DNA of 27,029 bases from Catajapyx aquilonaris (GCA_000934665.2 KZ538032.1:124001-151029), one strand, 5' to 3'. Numbered from the stretch's first letter, positions 1 to 13,060 are shown. The notes: generated by a model from the letters alone, not told the origin. Program-made: numbers and translations.

Positions 1-864
1 AACCTCAGCACCGTGACACAGTCCAATATAAATCCACATAATGTGTGTCAGCCTCCTCCAGGCCTCATTATACTCCCGCACCGTGCCAACAGGTGCAACA
101 ATTTGGCACGCAACCCAACAAAGCCCCCCTCCCCATAACACCTGAAGTACTGTGTACTCATTCCCTACAAGGGGCACGAAAAAAAACGTATTCAATCAAA
201 CCCCCATGTGAAACTGGTTGGAAATGAGCCGATAATAGTGGGCAAGTTGTGACCTAGTACCCCCCTTACCCTCTATGCCCGATTATAGGAAATGAAAAGC
301 AGGGTAGTCATATGGATTTGGATTGCTACCCAACCCCCACAGCAACCCAAAATAATAAGCCCTAGGGGCCCAGTGATGGCGACGCCACGCCACGCGCCCC
401 ACGCCAACTTCTCTTATTGCCCCTCCATGCCCCCCTTCCACAAAAGGGGGATCAGGATCCCTCCCTTCAAAATAGATCCCACCCGACTCCCACATGCACC
501 CCATTGCCCCCATGCACACACATCTCCACAACCACCGTGCTGAATAAATTCATCACCAAGGTCATCACTTTTGATGCTGTGGCCGTTGGCAGGCTTTCAC
601 CAGATTTTTTGAACTGAACATGGCGGGGGCCTCTCAATTTCTATTTTCTTTTCTGCTGGTTTGAAATGTGCAAACATGGTGCAAATTTCGGGGGGAAATG
701 TAGTGGGAATTTGGCTACCAGTATTTTCATTGGTTTGTAGGTTTTCGGAATTTTTTATGCTTGTTTTTTGGTAGAGAAAGTGAATTGTGGGCACTAAGGT
801 TTGGCCTGTTATCCCACCCCCATGCTGATATTTCCCATCATGTTATTGTGTAAGCCTGACACAC

Positions 865-1050
865 CTGCTTGTATTGTCAACGCTTCAGATACACCTTCGA
901 AGGCAATTTTCTCAATGAAGGAACGAGATGGTGTTTCTATACCGAGTTTGCAGCGAAGGCTCTGTGAGCAAGTTACTACGAATCGGTAGCGAATCGAACA
1001 AAGGGAGTGCAAAGTTTTTCCTAAAGTTGAACATTGCACAGAAGTTTCCC
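865..1050 (-). CDS. Candidate internal exon (186 nt, phase 1-1), product unknown
   Basis: The minus strand reads ctgattttttaatgcag|GGGAAACT...ACAAGCAG|gtgtgt: a branch-like CTGAT, an AG acceptor and a CAG|GTGTGT donor. The length is a multiple of 3 and one frame is open (ETSVQCSTLGKTLHSLCSIRYRFVVTCSQSLRCKLGIETPSRSFIEKIAFEGVSEALTIQA). No domain recognised and no partner exons found. Confidence 0.3.
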
Positions 1051-3253
1051 CTGCATTAAAAAATCAGCACAGTCCTAAAATGTACTTAATTTATTATAAC
1101 CATTGCGCCACATTAATTCAAAAATATATGCTCAAATAATTTTATTATGCTATATTCGTTTGGAATATGGCGAGCCAATAAATATTCGGCAATTCCCAAA
1201 AGAGAACTACCCGTATCACTGACCCGGGGGGAAAAACAAATATGGCATTTAGAGGCCCATGTGACTGCCTGCTATTAATCGTGTTCATGCCTTGTTTCGC
1301 TATCGAGTGCAACGTCGGCACTGAGCTTCTATAGGCATGGGGACGTCGAAATAGTGACTATCGATTGAATGCCCTGACATCCGTGAATGGGGTATGCGTC
1401 CATCTTAATAAAAACTCCATCAAAAATTTTCGAGCTTCCCTGCAAGCTACACTGACACAAACAATAGGTCCTTCTACATGTTGGCATTTTTTGGGCAAGC
1501 TCCGAGCTGTTTCAGTGGTTGTTGATGAGAATTGCATTATTTCACCTCACACATCAAATGTTCCCAGTATTGGTAGCAATATTAGCATCTACCCCCTGGA
1601 GTATCTTCCTGATCATTGAAGGGACAATATGATGAGTATAATAGTACACAAAGGACAATCAGGAATCAGATTTGTGCACTGGGGGTTCATATGGATGAGG
1701 TCAATAGTGGTAAAAATGTAGACTTAGGCCTGTGAAATTGGTACACTTGATCCAGGAAAAATTAATTATTACAGCCTGCATGAAAAGGCCACGTTTTGCA
1801 TTATTCTATGTAGGTTAGAATACTTTCTATCCCTGGCAAAACGTGATTGACGAATCGTTCCAGTCACGCATAGCATTCCCATTAATAGATCCCGATGTGT
1901 AAGCGGTGCGATTTAAGAAATTATTCATTACGTGCCACATTGTTGGACATGCCAAAGTAGTGTACAGTACCACCCTGTATTTTCTGTGAAGATTTCACCT
2001 GCGATGCTTATTGATTGTCGTCCTCGATAATAATCACTATAATTATGTTTAGGCTACTCTCGCGGCCTAATGGATGGAGACGACTCATGTTTCAAGGCTC
2101 GAAGTCTACCGGTGACGTCTTTGCTCTTAACAGGAATAAAACAGCTAAATGCACTGCTACATCATCACCTATTTGTGATGTACTGTATACAATACCTAAG
2201 ACTCTAGTGCATATTCGTGTTGGAGCAGACATATAGGCATTTCAGTGAACTCACTGGAAATTTGCAGCATAAATATTGTCTCGTTCATTTTGCCAGGTCT
2301 ACCTGCTCTATATGTGCAATCTGGTAGAACACATAAATGCATAGTTGTCTGGCCCACAACTTCATAAAACCATGCACCTGCGAAGTATTTTTAGATGACG
2401 GACATCTTTTCTCTAAAAGAAATGGGTAAGGGCCTTTAGCACATTTTGTCATTTTCATGAAGGAATCCGTAGGATATGTTAAGAAACTTTCGCAACCCTG
2501 GAATGCTGCGAAATATCAATCTGGCCACAGGCCCTTGCCTCCTGTTATTCCGACATTGGATTTGATGATTATACAGTAGGTTATACCGGTACTGGATAGA
2601 CCTATTTCAAATTCAATAATAAGGTCTTTATGCTGTATAATCATTAAATATCTCGCAAAATTAGTCGGTTCATCTTCCTGTGCTTCTCCGCATATAATGA
2701 CCGTCAAACGAATCAGTCCCCACCATTTACGAACAGCTGCAATATCACATAAACAGCTAAGTTTTAATGTGATAGAAACTGGTGAACTCCTCACTTGCCT
2801 ATGAAAGCTCGATAGGCCCAGGTACGTAGCATTGCGTTGATTTTTGGTTCGCGGCCTTCCTGCATTAAAAGTTGTTAAAAATTTCAGAACTATGTATAAT
2901 GATTTTGTTGCTGCTGTGCAAAAGTTGCGAAACAAATTGCCACACGAAAAGCTTCATGCAGCTCACGAGTCGGTGCTGGGGCCCTCCCTGTACTGTACGA
3001 TGTATATCCTGCTTCAGTGTTAAATAGAAATGTGTGATACCTCACCGATCAACTTTCGAAATTTATAATGAGCGCAGGTGGTGTGTCTGGGCAGGGGTGA
3101 GGGTGATATATGAATGGGGAGGGGTATACGTAAGGGATAAAACAAGTGCAAGAATTATATTGCAACGATTTGATGACGGTTCATTGAACATGTGTAATTA
3201 CGCAAGATTGCTTGAGCAATAATTGTGTATTTTTTGGGGTGATGATGGACTAA

Positions 3254-3385
3254 TGCCCGATTTCACCAACCGAAATTACCATCCGAAAGCTCCTAATGGA
3301 TCGTTAGGAGCCCTTTTAACGTGTACTAACGATCTGTTAGGAGATAGGAGCTATCGAATCGGTAATTTATTTCGTGCAATCGGGA
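3254..3385. mobile_element. Small palindromic MITE, PIF/Harbinger-like
   Basis: Ends tgcccgatttcac...gtgcaatcggga are imperfect inverted repeats. The inner arms aattaccatccgaaagctccta / taggagctatcgaatcggtaatt also pair. TAA flanks both sides (3251-3253, 3386-3388), the typical PIF/Harbinger 3-bp TSD. Confidence 0.6.
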
Positions 3386-3909
3386 TAAGGATATTATTCC
3401 CTCATGTCATACTGCCTATATGCCGATTCTGTAGCAATGCCCAATTTTTGATTGACTTCCTGGCAATTGAATGCGAGCGTACCAATATTGAGACAGGTGG
3501 CATTAATGATTGATCATTTTTACTTTACTGATATCGTACGGTATCGTATTATGATGAATACAAATGAAGAGCGGCGGTAGATTTCATAATGAGACACAGC
3601 TACCTATGTTTTGTCTGCTCCATGCAACGTTATAGGCTACAGGGTAAAGGTATTGAGTAGCCTACTGGTTGACAAAGGTGGCGAACTGTATAGGGCAGAC
3701 AGTGCCATATTCTTGGATTTCTGGCATTAGCATACAATAGAGGCGGAATAACTATGAGGCAATGCTGAAAAGGTGCAGCAACTGCCATGCGGAAAAAGGG
3801 CGGATGTTTTTGCACAACGCTTGGCTCTTTTTTATCCATTACAATGTGCGTCAACAATGATAACTCGAGCTATAACTCTTCAGTAACTATAGGACAATAG
3901 GTTCCATCA

Positions 3910-4122
3910 TCTATATATATATATATATGTGTGTGAGTTTATTTGTGGGTGTGTGTGGATTCGCTATAGAAATCCAGGGGAATGCCCCTACATCGCCTTA
4001 AACTAGGTCCTTGGGGGTTACCTTTTCCGAGGAATTTAATGGCGCATGTTTCAGCCGAAAATGAGGCTAACTCACAACACGCGTATTCCCGAATCTTATC
4101 ACTACTCGGGCATCAACAATAG
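3910..4122 (+). mobile_element. Possible degenerate non-autonomous Helitron
   Basis: Starts A|TCTATATATATA, then TG-rich sequence and ttcgctatagaaatcc, resembling 5' ends of invertebrate non-autonomous Helitrons. A short cccga...tcggg hairpin (4088-4110) lies ~12 nt before the end, but the terminus is AATAG rather than CTRR|T. Confidence 0.35.
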
Positions 4123-4481
4123 CCAACTTCACAATATTTAAAAATATCAACATCAATAACAATAAATTATCAACAATTTTTCTTTTTCCAAGTGAACAAT
4201 CCCATGGAAATACCTTTACGTAACAATGCCTAGCAAATTAAACAATCAGGGTGTTGTGCATTTGGATCAATTTCATGATTACATCTATGCGAGTATATCT
4301 TGAGCCTCTCTCTTTTACACGTCCTATGGCCGTACATTCAACGCATCCGCCAATTACGCCAATTGACCACCTCACGTGAGTTCGTATCGTATGGTCATTC
4401 CAAGATTTTGTGGGATTTGAAATTAGACAGTTCCAGACACAAATAAAAATATAAAAAATACCAGTATTTACAAAAGTTACT

Positions 4482-4892
4482 CAGTGTTGAAAACAAAATT
4501 CCCACCAGGCATCTGCACGTACATTTCTAAAGAGTTATTCTGGGCTAACATATGGAAAGAGGTGGGGGTGTGAGGTGGGGTTGGGGGGGGGTGAAGGGGG
4601 TCAAAAATTATTCTTAAACAAAAAAAGCTGTGCAGTGTGCATTTTTTTCCTGGGTCAACTCTATCTGCATTCCTCTTTTTAGTGTTTTTACACATCCAAT
4701 CAGTATATCTGCGTCGAGTATACGCTATAACCGAAGCAGGTAATTTTTCACAGATATTGACAAACTTTGGCTTATTGTAACTTATAAGGCCTGTTGTCCC
4801 CCCCCCCCCCATTGGGAGAATCAATGATCCTTTAGGGGGTGGAATACCACAATTTTTCCATCTCAATTTTCGGAATTTTTCTTCTAACACCG
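4482..4892. mobile_element. Old MITE-like element with CAGTGTT termini (hAT-like)
   Basis: cagtgttgaaaacaaaattcc matches the reverse complement of the right end (cggtgttagaagaaaaattcc) at 16/21. The left interior has a G-rich tract and the right interior a C tract. No TSD recognisable. Confidence 0.35.
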
Positions 4893-4898
4893 TGCAGT

Positions 4899-5135
4899 GG
4901 AGAAAGGGAAATGGGGAAGGGAATGGGGATTTTTGGGGAGGGGACACAGTTGCAAGTGCAATGTCTGAAAAGGGTAATGTGCAGTCCCCCAGGAGGCTAG
5001 GTTGCCAAGACGCCTCCTAGGCGCGGGTCAGAGACTCACTGACGCAGGCGAAAGGGAAATCCCGGGTGGGGTTCGAACCCGGGACCTTCCGCACAGCAAG
5101 CCGAGCCGTTGCCAACTCGGCCACCACGCCTCCCC
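4899..5135 (-). mobile_element. tRNA-derived SINE, second family (not the V-SINE)
   Basis: Minus-strand head GGGGAGGCGTGGTGGCCGAGTTGG (A box, D-stem GCCG/CGGC) ... GGGTTCGAACCC (B box). The acceptor stem does not pair. A GC-rich body and a pyrimidine-rich (TTCCC-like) tail follow. Confidence 0.7.
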
Positions 5136-5341
5136 ACATAAGGCCTGTTTTAAAGCAGTTTCGAGTGTATGGTATGACAGCCGACAAAAGTTACATCATA
5201 CACATCGTATGCAATATTGAGGGAACCATTATTCATTTTGCGGAACACCAGTGTTGAAAATGAAGCCATATCCTGTTAAATATGACTTCATTGTAATACA
5301 CGTAGATTTCTGGCATTAATGTCCTTTATTTTAACGTACAC

Positions 5342-5493
5342 GGGCGACACGGTGGCAGAGTGGTTAGCGCCGCAGCCTTCCACCTCTAAGGTCCCGAGTT
5401 CGATCCCCGGATCGGACAGAGGATACTTATGTGGATGGAGTTTCGATGGGTTCTCTCCGTGTTCGTGTGGGTTTTCTCGGGGTTCTCCCGTTC
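5342..5493 (+). mobile_element. tRNA-derived V-SINE copy 1 (3'-truncated)
   Basis: A box TGGCAGAGTGG and B box GAGTTCGATCC, then ggagtttcgatgggttctctccgtgttcgtgtgggttttctcggggttctcccg, matching the V-domain consensus (GGAGTTTGCATGTTCTCCCCGTG...GTGGGTTTTCTCCGGG). Homologous to three other copies in the window. Confidence 0.85.
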
Positions 5494-7700
5494 TTGAGGA
5501 TGATACATTGCGCGTCAATTGCATTATACAGTCAAGTATAAGATAGGCAGAGTTTAAACTGAATCAATGCTGATCATGACAGATTATTCACGATCCCTAC
5601 ATGGCTACCTATCATACACACCTGCCCCCGTTGCCCAGCTTCACGGATAAAAACCTCGCAATCTTATCTATACACAGCGTGAGCAATCCATCAGCGCCGC
5701 CGAGCCACCAATTCACACCTTGCGGCGGTTCTCTTTAGACACCCTTTGTAACTTACACCCTATACACCAAAGAAAAGACAACCTGAAGGTCGGCTTCATC
5801 CTTATACAGCAGTATACAGGCCTAGGCAATTATAGCGGTGGGAGGAGATTTGACATTATGTTATGCTTTCACCTGTAACAATGCGAGACGTTGAATCGAT
5901 GTGTAATGGACTCCTCTGCTGGGATTCAGCCTCCTTTCAAGAGGTCGTGTCTTGGGCTTTGTCCCATCCAAGGGTTTGGCTTTCCTCTGACGAAATGTGA
6001 CTTCCTGTGTGTATTTTGGGTGGGGGTCAAGCTTTGATCATGCCTCCCTGGTGTACTGTGCTCATGGGGGTTCCGGAAAGTGCTTCTCCGTCATGAATTA
6101 TTGCTTAGGAGCTCTCAAGTTACTGCTGGCAATTCAGATTTTGGTGCAAGTGCAAAGGATGGCAGCACGATCCAGTGTGATATTTTTTTGTAGTTTTATC
6201 CCACACTTCACCCCTCAAATGATTTGAAATTATGTTTTCGTTTAGCTTGACATTTGCAGTTAATATCTCGGATACCTCATATGAAACTGTTTAATGACAA
6301 GCAGCTTAGGACCAAGAAATCGCGGAAAACGGAAAATCAGTTTGAAATATTCTGCATTACTGCAGCAACGGGACAGCTCCGCATCCACCGGCTACTCTCG
6401 CGCAGAGAAAGGATTCTCAATATCGGCATTTGAGTCGATATTACATACCGATCTTCAGTCCCACTGACATTTTTCAGTCACGAGTCGCTTTTCCAGGCCC
6501 TCTTGAGGGCCTATTACTTGACAGATAACTGCAATCTTACATGGTACCCCTGTTGGCCACGTGATCTAAATAAACCAATTATATCTAGTAGCCGTGGCAG
6601 GAACTTCTATACGCGTCGCTGGCTTTTGTATCTGCCATAGTTACACATCTCATGTATCACAGCCCGTCTATATAGGCCTACTATACCTTTTCCCCTCAAA
6701 TATAGGGTTTCTTGCTACGACTTTTCTACTACTTTTGTACTGTGCAGCGCTAACACGAACTGTCAGACCGAGTAAGCTGCAAAGAAAATGTACTTATACG
6801 TGGGCAGGTAGCCGACAGACAAACCTGAGGGGGCGACGGAGTGTCATATGCTATGGTCCAATATTTGTAATATGTCTTGCCTACTTGGGTCTCTCTTTGT
6901 TGCTGAAAATATTAATGTTAATGTTTTTGCTCGGGGTGAATAATAATAATAATCCTTATTATGATCATTCACATATTTATATGACAAATTTGACTACCGT
7001 AATAATACATTTTCTCTACATCAAATAATTTTATTCTGGAGATACGCCAACTTTGCTTAACACTTATCTTCTAGACACAAGGCGTGAACAAAATCATTTA
7101 AAAAAACTAACGGTGGTCTTCCCCCCAAAAATATGTTAATTCACCCCCTCCCCCTCCCCACCTTCTTCTTCTTCTTCAAAAGTGCCTTTACCGGTTGCAA
7201 CGTTTTTGCCGGCTCGCTAAGCCAGCAAGAAGCGCCCTCGGCAGGATCCCCCACCCAGAAACAAAAGCCAAGCAACAAAAGCAATGCAGGGAGGCGGTGC
7301 CTCTGGTGCTTGTAGATGAGGGGGTTTGGGGAGGAAGGTAGGAGGCCGGTGGGGCTGGTGGAGGGAGGTGGGGGAATGAAATAAAAAAGCGCAGATGCAC
7401 GGGGAACTTTTCTTGCATCCCAGCTGCCGTTCTTCTCTCTCTTGCATACAACCAGGAGGTGGTTGGGCCGGCCAAAAAAGGTCGAATCTAGTCCCTGAGC
7501 CTACTCTGGGGCGCGTGGCATGCACCCTCCCTTGCCTGCCTCCACCACCTTATACCCCCTGCCTTCAAATCCCCCCTCCCCCCTCCCTCCTCTAAATCTG
7601 CACCAGGAAAAATTATGGCATTCCTGTTGACCTTGCCCAAAAAACAGCTTCTGGCATTTATATTTTAAGGACGCCATCAAGGTGGGGAACTTTTCAAAGA

Positions 7701-7777
<77 letters not shown>
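7701..7777. repeat. (AAT)n microsatellite, ~25 perfect units
   Basis: Read directly from the sequence. Confidence 0.98.
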
Positions 7778-7778
<1 letters not shown>

Positions 7779-9099
7779 TGAATTCATATTATGGTAGGGT
7801 GGTTGGTTGGAAAATGAAAATGGTTTGGGTATAATGTTGGAGCATTAAAACTGTCATTTGGTTCCCCCTCTGTGACAATATCAGAAGAGGGGGAAGGGGG
7901 CGTTCTGGGTCCTCCCCTACTTTTTTACTAAAATAAGTGATAGGCAGGACCTTTTATTTAGGGTGGTGGAGGTTGGCATTTACGCCAATGAATGCGGCTG
8001 CTGCTTGAATTAGTCACGGAACTGCAGTATACATGTACTAGCTTATATACTGATTCATTTTTTTTCCTTGGGTAGCCTATACTGTTGTAGTTTAAATTGT
8101 GACTAAAATCAATCTGGTAAATAATTTAGCGCAACTTTGCATGATGACAGCTAATCGATATAATGTACGTTTGCAGTAGGTCTGTGTGGCATGTGCGTGC
8201 CAAGTTGAATGGAGCCTATCTATAGCCAGGTTACGATTCAATCGAGAGTTATGCTATCAACTCAATCGGCGGCACCGCTGTTAAAGATACAATAATATTT
8301 ACAAATTTTAATATCTGCATATATGTCTTTAAAAATTCATGTGGGGTCTGAACAGGATACACCTGTTGAAACAAAATAAACAATTATTGCAGCTATGTAT
8401 TTAGGCTTATTCGTTACTCTCTTCCCCTGGCATATGCACAAAGGTTCCCGTTTTTTGTTACATCGAAGTGACTAAATAAACTAGAACCAATCCCCCCCTC
8501 ACTCAATGTGTTAAAGGTGTGTGGCTGACAAACGCGCTATCCTGTAAATACTGTGTGTGCCTCAGGTATTTTTAATGAGTATCAACTAGCCACTAGGCCA
8601 GGTATTCAAAAGTGCTCTCTATTTTGGCATTGAACAGGCTCCTTAAAATGTTCCAAAGTTGTCGTTTTAATTTTTTCTAAAATTGATTCAAAGGGAAAGT
8701 ATATGAATTAATAATAAACATACTGTATCTGATAGTGTGAATAATTAGTGTTTGGAAGAGATAAACATAACTCCGCACGATTTTAGGTTTCATTTAAAAT
8801 GTGCAAATTTAAAAAAAATATTGTTACCACCATTGCGAACGATACAGGGCCGGCTTTATGCATTTCCTTTCTACAGGCCATTCACTTTGTGCCGCCCCCC
8901 CCCCCTCAACGCCACTCCTTCAATTTAATTTATACAAACTGTGTATGTGGTTTCGTGTTATAGGTCTAACCTAAATATTAGAAATAGTCTGTGGGCCTAA
9001 GAAAGAGTTTAAAAACATTGTAAATAACACTATGCAACATGATATTTGTCCATGGAAATTTATTGCTATTTTCATGTTCCTTAAGTCATTCGTAACTCA

Positions 9100-9653
9100 T
9101 AATGACCGTAATGACCATTCATTTTGTCCTTGATTTATTTTTGACCTCTGGGCAGTCAAAAAACCCAAATCCTCCAATAGTTTTTCCCAATCAAGCGGGC
9201 CTAAATGTTGCTAAACCATCTCGGATTTTTCTGAAAATAATCACAGCTATACACACCTATGCCGTAACACTGCATATCAAGTTTCAGCCAAATTGCGAAA
9301 TACCGTGGGAAGGGAAAAATAACGAAATTTTGTAAATGGGGCCTTTTTGGGATAATTTCTTTCGGGTATTGCAAGTGGTCAAAGCCCAATCAAAATATAC
9401 CTCAAATGAAAGAGAAACGCTAGTAGAATGCGCCTATGGATTTTTTTCTTCTGAAAAATCCACTCAGAAACACATGTGTGGCATTTCGTCAGTCACATGT
9501 CCAAGAATTTGGCTCCATTAAAATTAATGCTAATTCGGCAAACATATATTTTTTCTCGCGAGCCGTACATGACGACGATATCATTTGCTCTGAGTTTCTT
9601 CCATACTTGCCTTGTTTAGAAGGTAGGAAAGCCCCGAGGAGTAGATGACCCCT
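9100..9653 (-). mobile_element. Probable solo DNA-transposon terminal fragment
   Basis: Contains motifs common in invertebrate TIR-element subterminal regions (aagtttcagccaaatt, atacctcaaatgaaagag). The minus strand starts TAGGGGTCATC. No partner end or TSD found, and the inner boundary is approximate. Confidence 0.3.
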
Positions 9654-12125
9654 AACCCTCATTCCTCATGGAATCTCTGTTGGGATTCTGTCGAGATGTA
9701 TGATAATATTATGAATGTAAGCGTATCTGACGATACCCAATGGTGCCTGTTATGTTTCATTTTGGGAGCAATTATTGTTCTGATTTCACACACTGCTCGA
9801 GGCAACTCTGCAAATGTCTGAGTGCCTCTGCTCTGTACATACGGTCCAAACTACTGTGAAGATTATTTTTACCAGTACACACCATAATTAAATACCAACA
9901 CAGTGCCAAAAATCAGAGTTCCATGCAGTATATTGATTCCCAACCGTAATTAAATTAAGGAACCGCAATTGCCAGGTAGGCCTGTCGCCTTTGGTTATTC
10001 AACGCACTCCTGAAAATGACTTTGACAACATGTTTTGCCCCAGATGCGTCCGGAAATCCACACTCGATAGTCAAGCTCCAGTGAATCTCATATAAACTGA
10101 CTCCGCCGTGTGTGGGCCAATTTTATTATTATTTATTTTGCTCAGTGATGAGCGCACTCTTGTGGTAGTAGGCCTACTTGTATAAAATGGGTACGGTGCA
10201 CATGAAAATTTTCGCTCTGATAGTGTGAGATGCTGCCTTTGAAGTTTAGACCGCACACAGAACCACGAGAAATGTCGTGCTCATGAAAGGTATTCAGCGG
10301 TTCAGTCAGGGAATTTTCGACAAACATTGTAACCAGCAGGGTTTACAAAGTTAACTCTTTCGTCAAATCATCCTTCAAAACATCACTTGTTAACATGAAG
10401 ATACATTTGAATGGTAACCAATCGGTACCCCCTCTAGTGTGAAACATGCCGTTGGACAGGTCAGTTTCCTGTTACTGAAATTTGATCGATTAATTAATTT
10501 ATTTATTCGTGCATTTATTTACTTTTGCGGTAGAAGTGAAATTCTATTTTTACAAACGAGGTTATCCTGCAGGACCTTGAACAGACCTGTGGATCCATTC
10601 AAGGCCACAGAAAGTGGAAATTTTACGTTTTGGGGCTATCATCATGCAGTCTTCTGACAGGGAAAGACAGACAGGGATGATCCGATGATTAGCCCTCAAT
10701 AACCTACAAAAAATCAGATCGATCTAATTCTGGATGCGCCGTATACTTCCATATATTGAGCTAGTTCTGGCGTCACTTTAACGCATTTTTGAACGCACAT
10801 TTTTGACATTTACGACACCTCCACGCTTCACAAGAAAAGTAGCGCGTAAATCATGCACATGGTATCAGGATTCCACGGTTGCAAAAAGGCTCAACCTTCC
10901 TGACAGCACACAAGCTATATTTCACTCAAAAATCCCTAACGGCTAAAAATATGAAGATGAGCTATCATTCATCAGGAAAGACTCCTTTAGTGCTGTAGAA
11001 GAGTAAAAGAGAGCGTCATTTATGTGCTCGGCGTGGCCATTGATCTCTCCTCGTAACGTGTTCAGTCCTTGCTGCAAATCGGTTCCATGAAGCTGCTACC
11101 CAAAACGGCCTGGCCCAAAAGTGAAGTGGAGGTCGTGTCCTACTTGGGACACCCCACGGCCTTGTTTCCCTCCCATGGATCCGACACATTCCCTGTCGCC
11201 CCACCAGACTCACATGCAATCCACTTAGATGGCCTTTGCGACCCAAATCTACCAACTCTGCTCTTCCTCCTATTCAGGTCATCTATATTGCTGTCATGCC
11301 GCTTCCCCAGTCTTTTTGTGAGACTCACCATACGAAAAGATGTTGAAATGGCCATCAGTCACACTCTTTAGTGTGCATGGGTGTCCAAGACACATATTGA
11401 CCTACTATAGTGTAATAAGAAATATGCTGTACACTAAATCGAAAAAAATTATATTAGCCACTTCAGAAAAGAGTTAACTACAGTATACTCAAGAGGTATT
11501 ACGAAAATGAATATACTAGTATAGGATACCGCCACAAAGTTTTACAAGTATCTTGTATTATCTAGTTGAAAGTGTTAGTGCAGCATAGTAGCCTACCTGA
11601 GTTGATTGCGCCTTTAGAGTCCCCTTAGGAGTCGAGCATAGCGACTACAGTATAATTACTAAAGTTGCGAGTTGTCTACCAGGGACTATTGTTCACACAC
11701 TTTTAAGCTTACACATGATAAAAGCCTCTGTACAGTCGTTAATTTTGAGAGTAAGATAACCTATATGCGTCCTATTTCTTCACATGACTTTTTTTTAGAT
11801 CTCCTTTGATGTCCGTGTAGTCTAGATAGACCATCTATCACGGGAGCTAATTTATCTTGTTTCACTGCCGAGTTTCACAAAATAAAGAGAGGCAAATACA
11901 TTTATACGGTGTGGAACAGAGTTCAGCTCACTTTTGTATCTGACACTGAGGTGACACTCTTATGGCCGAGTGTAGTACCCCCCAAGTACCGAAAGTGCGT
12001 CACTCCGTCATATTCAGCATATTCTTAATGCCATACGAGACACACCCACCGAACATTCTGAAACACATGGTATTATATTAGGGTATATTCAATTATTATA
12101 CATGATATGCCATCAGTGCACGAGA

Positions 12126-12250
12126 GGGAGCACGGTGAGGTATTGGATGACGCCACAACCGTCCATCTCTGAGGTCCCGCGTTCGATCCCTAGATCGGAC
12201 AGAGGTATTTCTCGCTTGGAAAGAGTTTACACGGGTTATCTCTGCATCCG
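12126..12250 (+). mobile_element. V-SINE copy 2 (diverged head plus partial V domain)
   Basis: gggagcacggtg...ctctgaggtcccgcgttcgatccctagatcggacagagg aligns with copy 1 (ctctaaggtcccgagttcgatccccggatcggacagagg). Confidence 0.8.
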
Positions 12251-12975
12251 TTCCTACAACTGTCCAAAAACCTCTATTCCCCTCGCACCCTCTCATACAG
12301 TATATGCCTCATGGCCTTAGCCCCCTTATTTGGCTCCCCAATAGACCAAACCACCTCTGGAAAAGCAGCTTCATTCATCATATAGGCTGTATTGCCCGTC
12401 GAGTCGTATTTAGCAATAATATGCACTAAGATACAGTACTTATATTAAGTTTTCATACAATTGCTAGTAGCGGTTAACAAAAATAATAGCTGATAGTATT
12501 AGGTTGAATGAAATCATTCATTAGATACCTGCATTTCCGAGCTCCAAATATTGCGAGTAATCCTTTTTGTCCGGGGATCTATGTTTCAACGCCTATAGTC
12601 CTTCCATATTAGTATAAAAGGATACACCCATTCCACATATTATTATTAGCAGCTAGTATTTACGATAGCCTATCCAAGTTGCTGTGCAAAAGAAATCGCT
12701 TTAAAAAAAGCAGATTAATTGCCAAAAGCGGACAATTCAATTCCAACACACTGCACTGCGTAGGGATAACGCAGTGACTTCTCCTAGGATTATAACATAG
12801 GCCTATACATATTATCCTGGAATCTATGCATCACATCCGAATCGATAAATGATATCGTGATGATGAACTCATAAGTATCCATCANTAATGGTAAAAATAT
12901 GGAAATGAAATACTGTCATTCGTATGTGTAGATGGATATATTTTTATTTTTATTCAGTCACAGACCTTTAACCTC

Positions 12976-13060
12976 CAAAACTACAAGAGATGCTACGCCT
13001 CTACATGAGCAGATATTAAATATCTGCTCATGTAGAGGCGTAGCATCTCTTGTAGTTTTG
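12976..13060. repeat. Perfect palindrome, 42-bp arms with 1-nt spacer
   Basis: caaaactacaagagatgctacgcctctacatgagcagatatt-a-aatatctgctcatgtagaggcgtagcatctcttgtagttttg. Confidence 0.97.

Noticed and set aside
3630..3735. DSAIFLDF resembling a CR1 reverse-transcriptase motif
   Set aside because: The expected KAFD and flanking motifs are absent.
5060..5135. tRNA gene (apparent GCT anticodon) on the minus strand
   Set aside because: The acceptor stem and outer T stem do not pair, and the sequence continues into a SINE body and tail.
5288..5546. Similar ORFs here and at 12102 and 18298 (PRENPHEHGENPSKL; VPSSIPGSDRG)
   Set aside because: These are translations of V-SINE copies, not a protein family.
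11016..11402. Possible LINE RT C-terminus, or a small exon ending TATG|gtgagt
   Set aside because: No frame gives convincing RTE/L2 motifs, and the putative exon peptide is unrecognisable.
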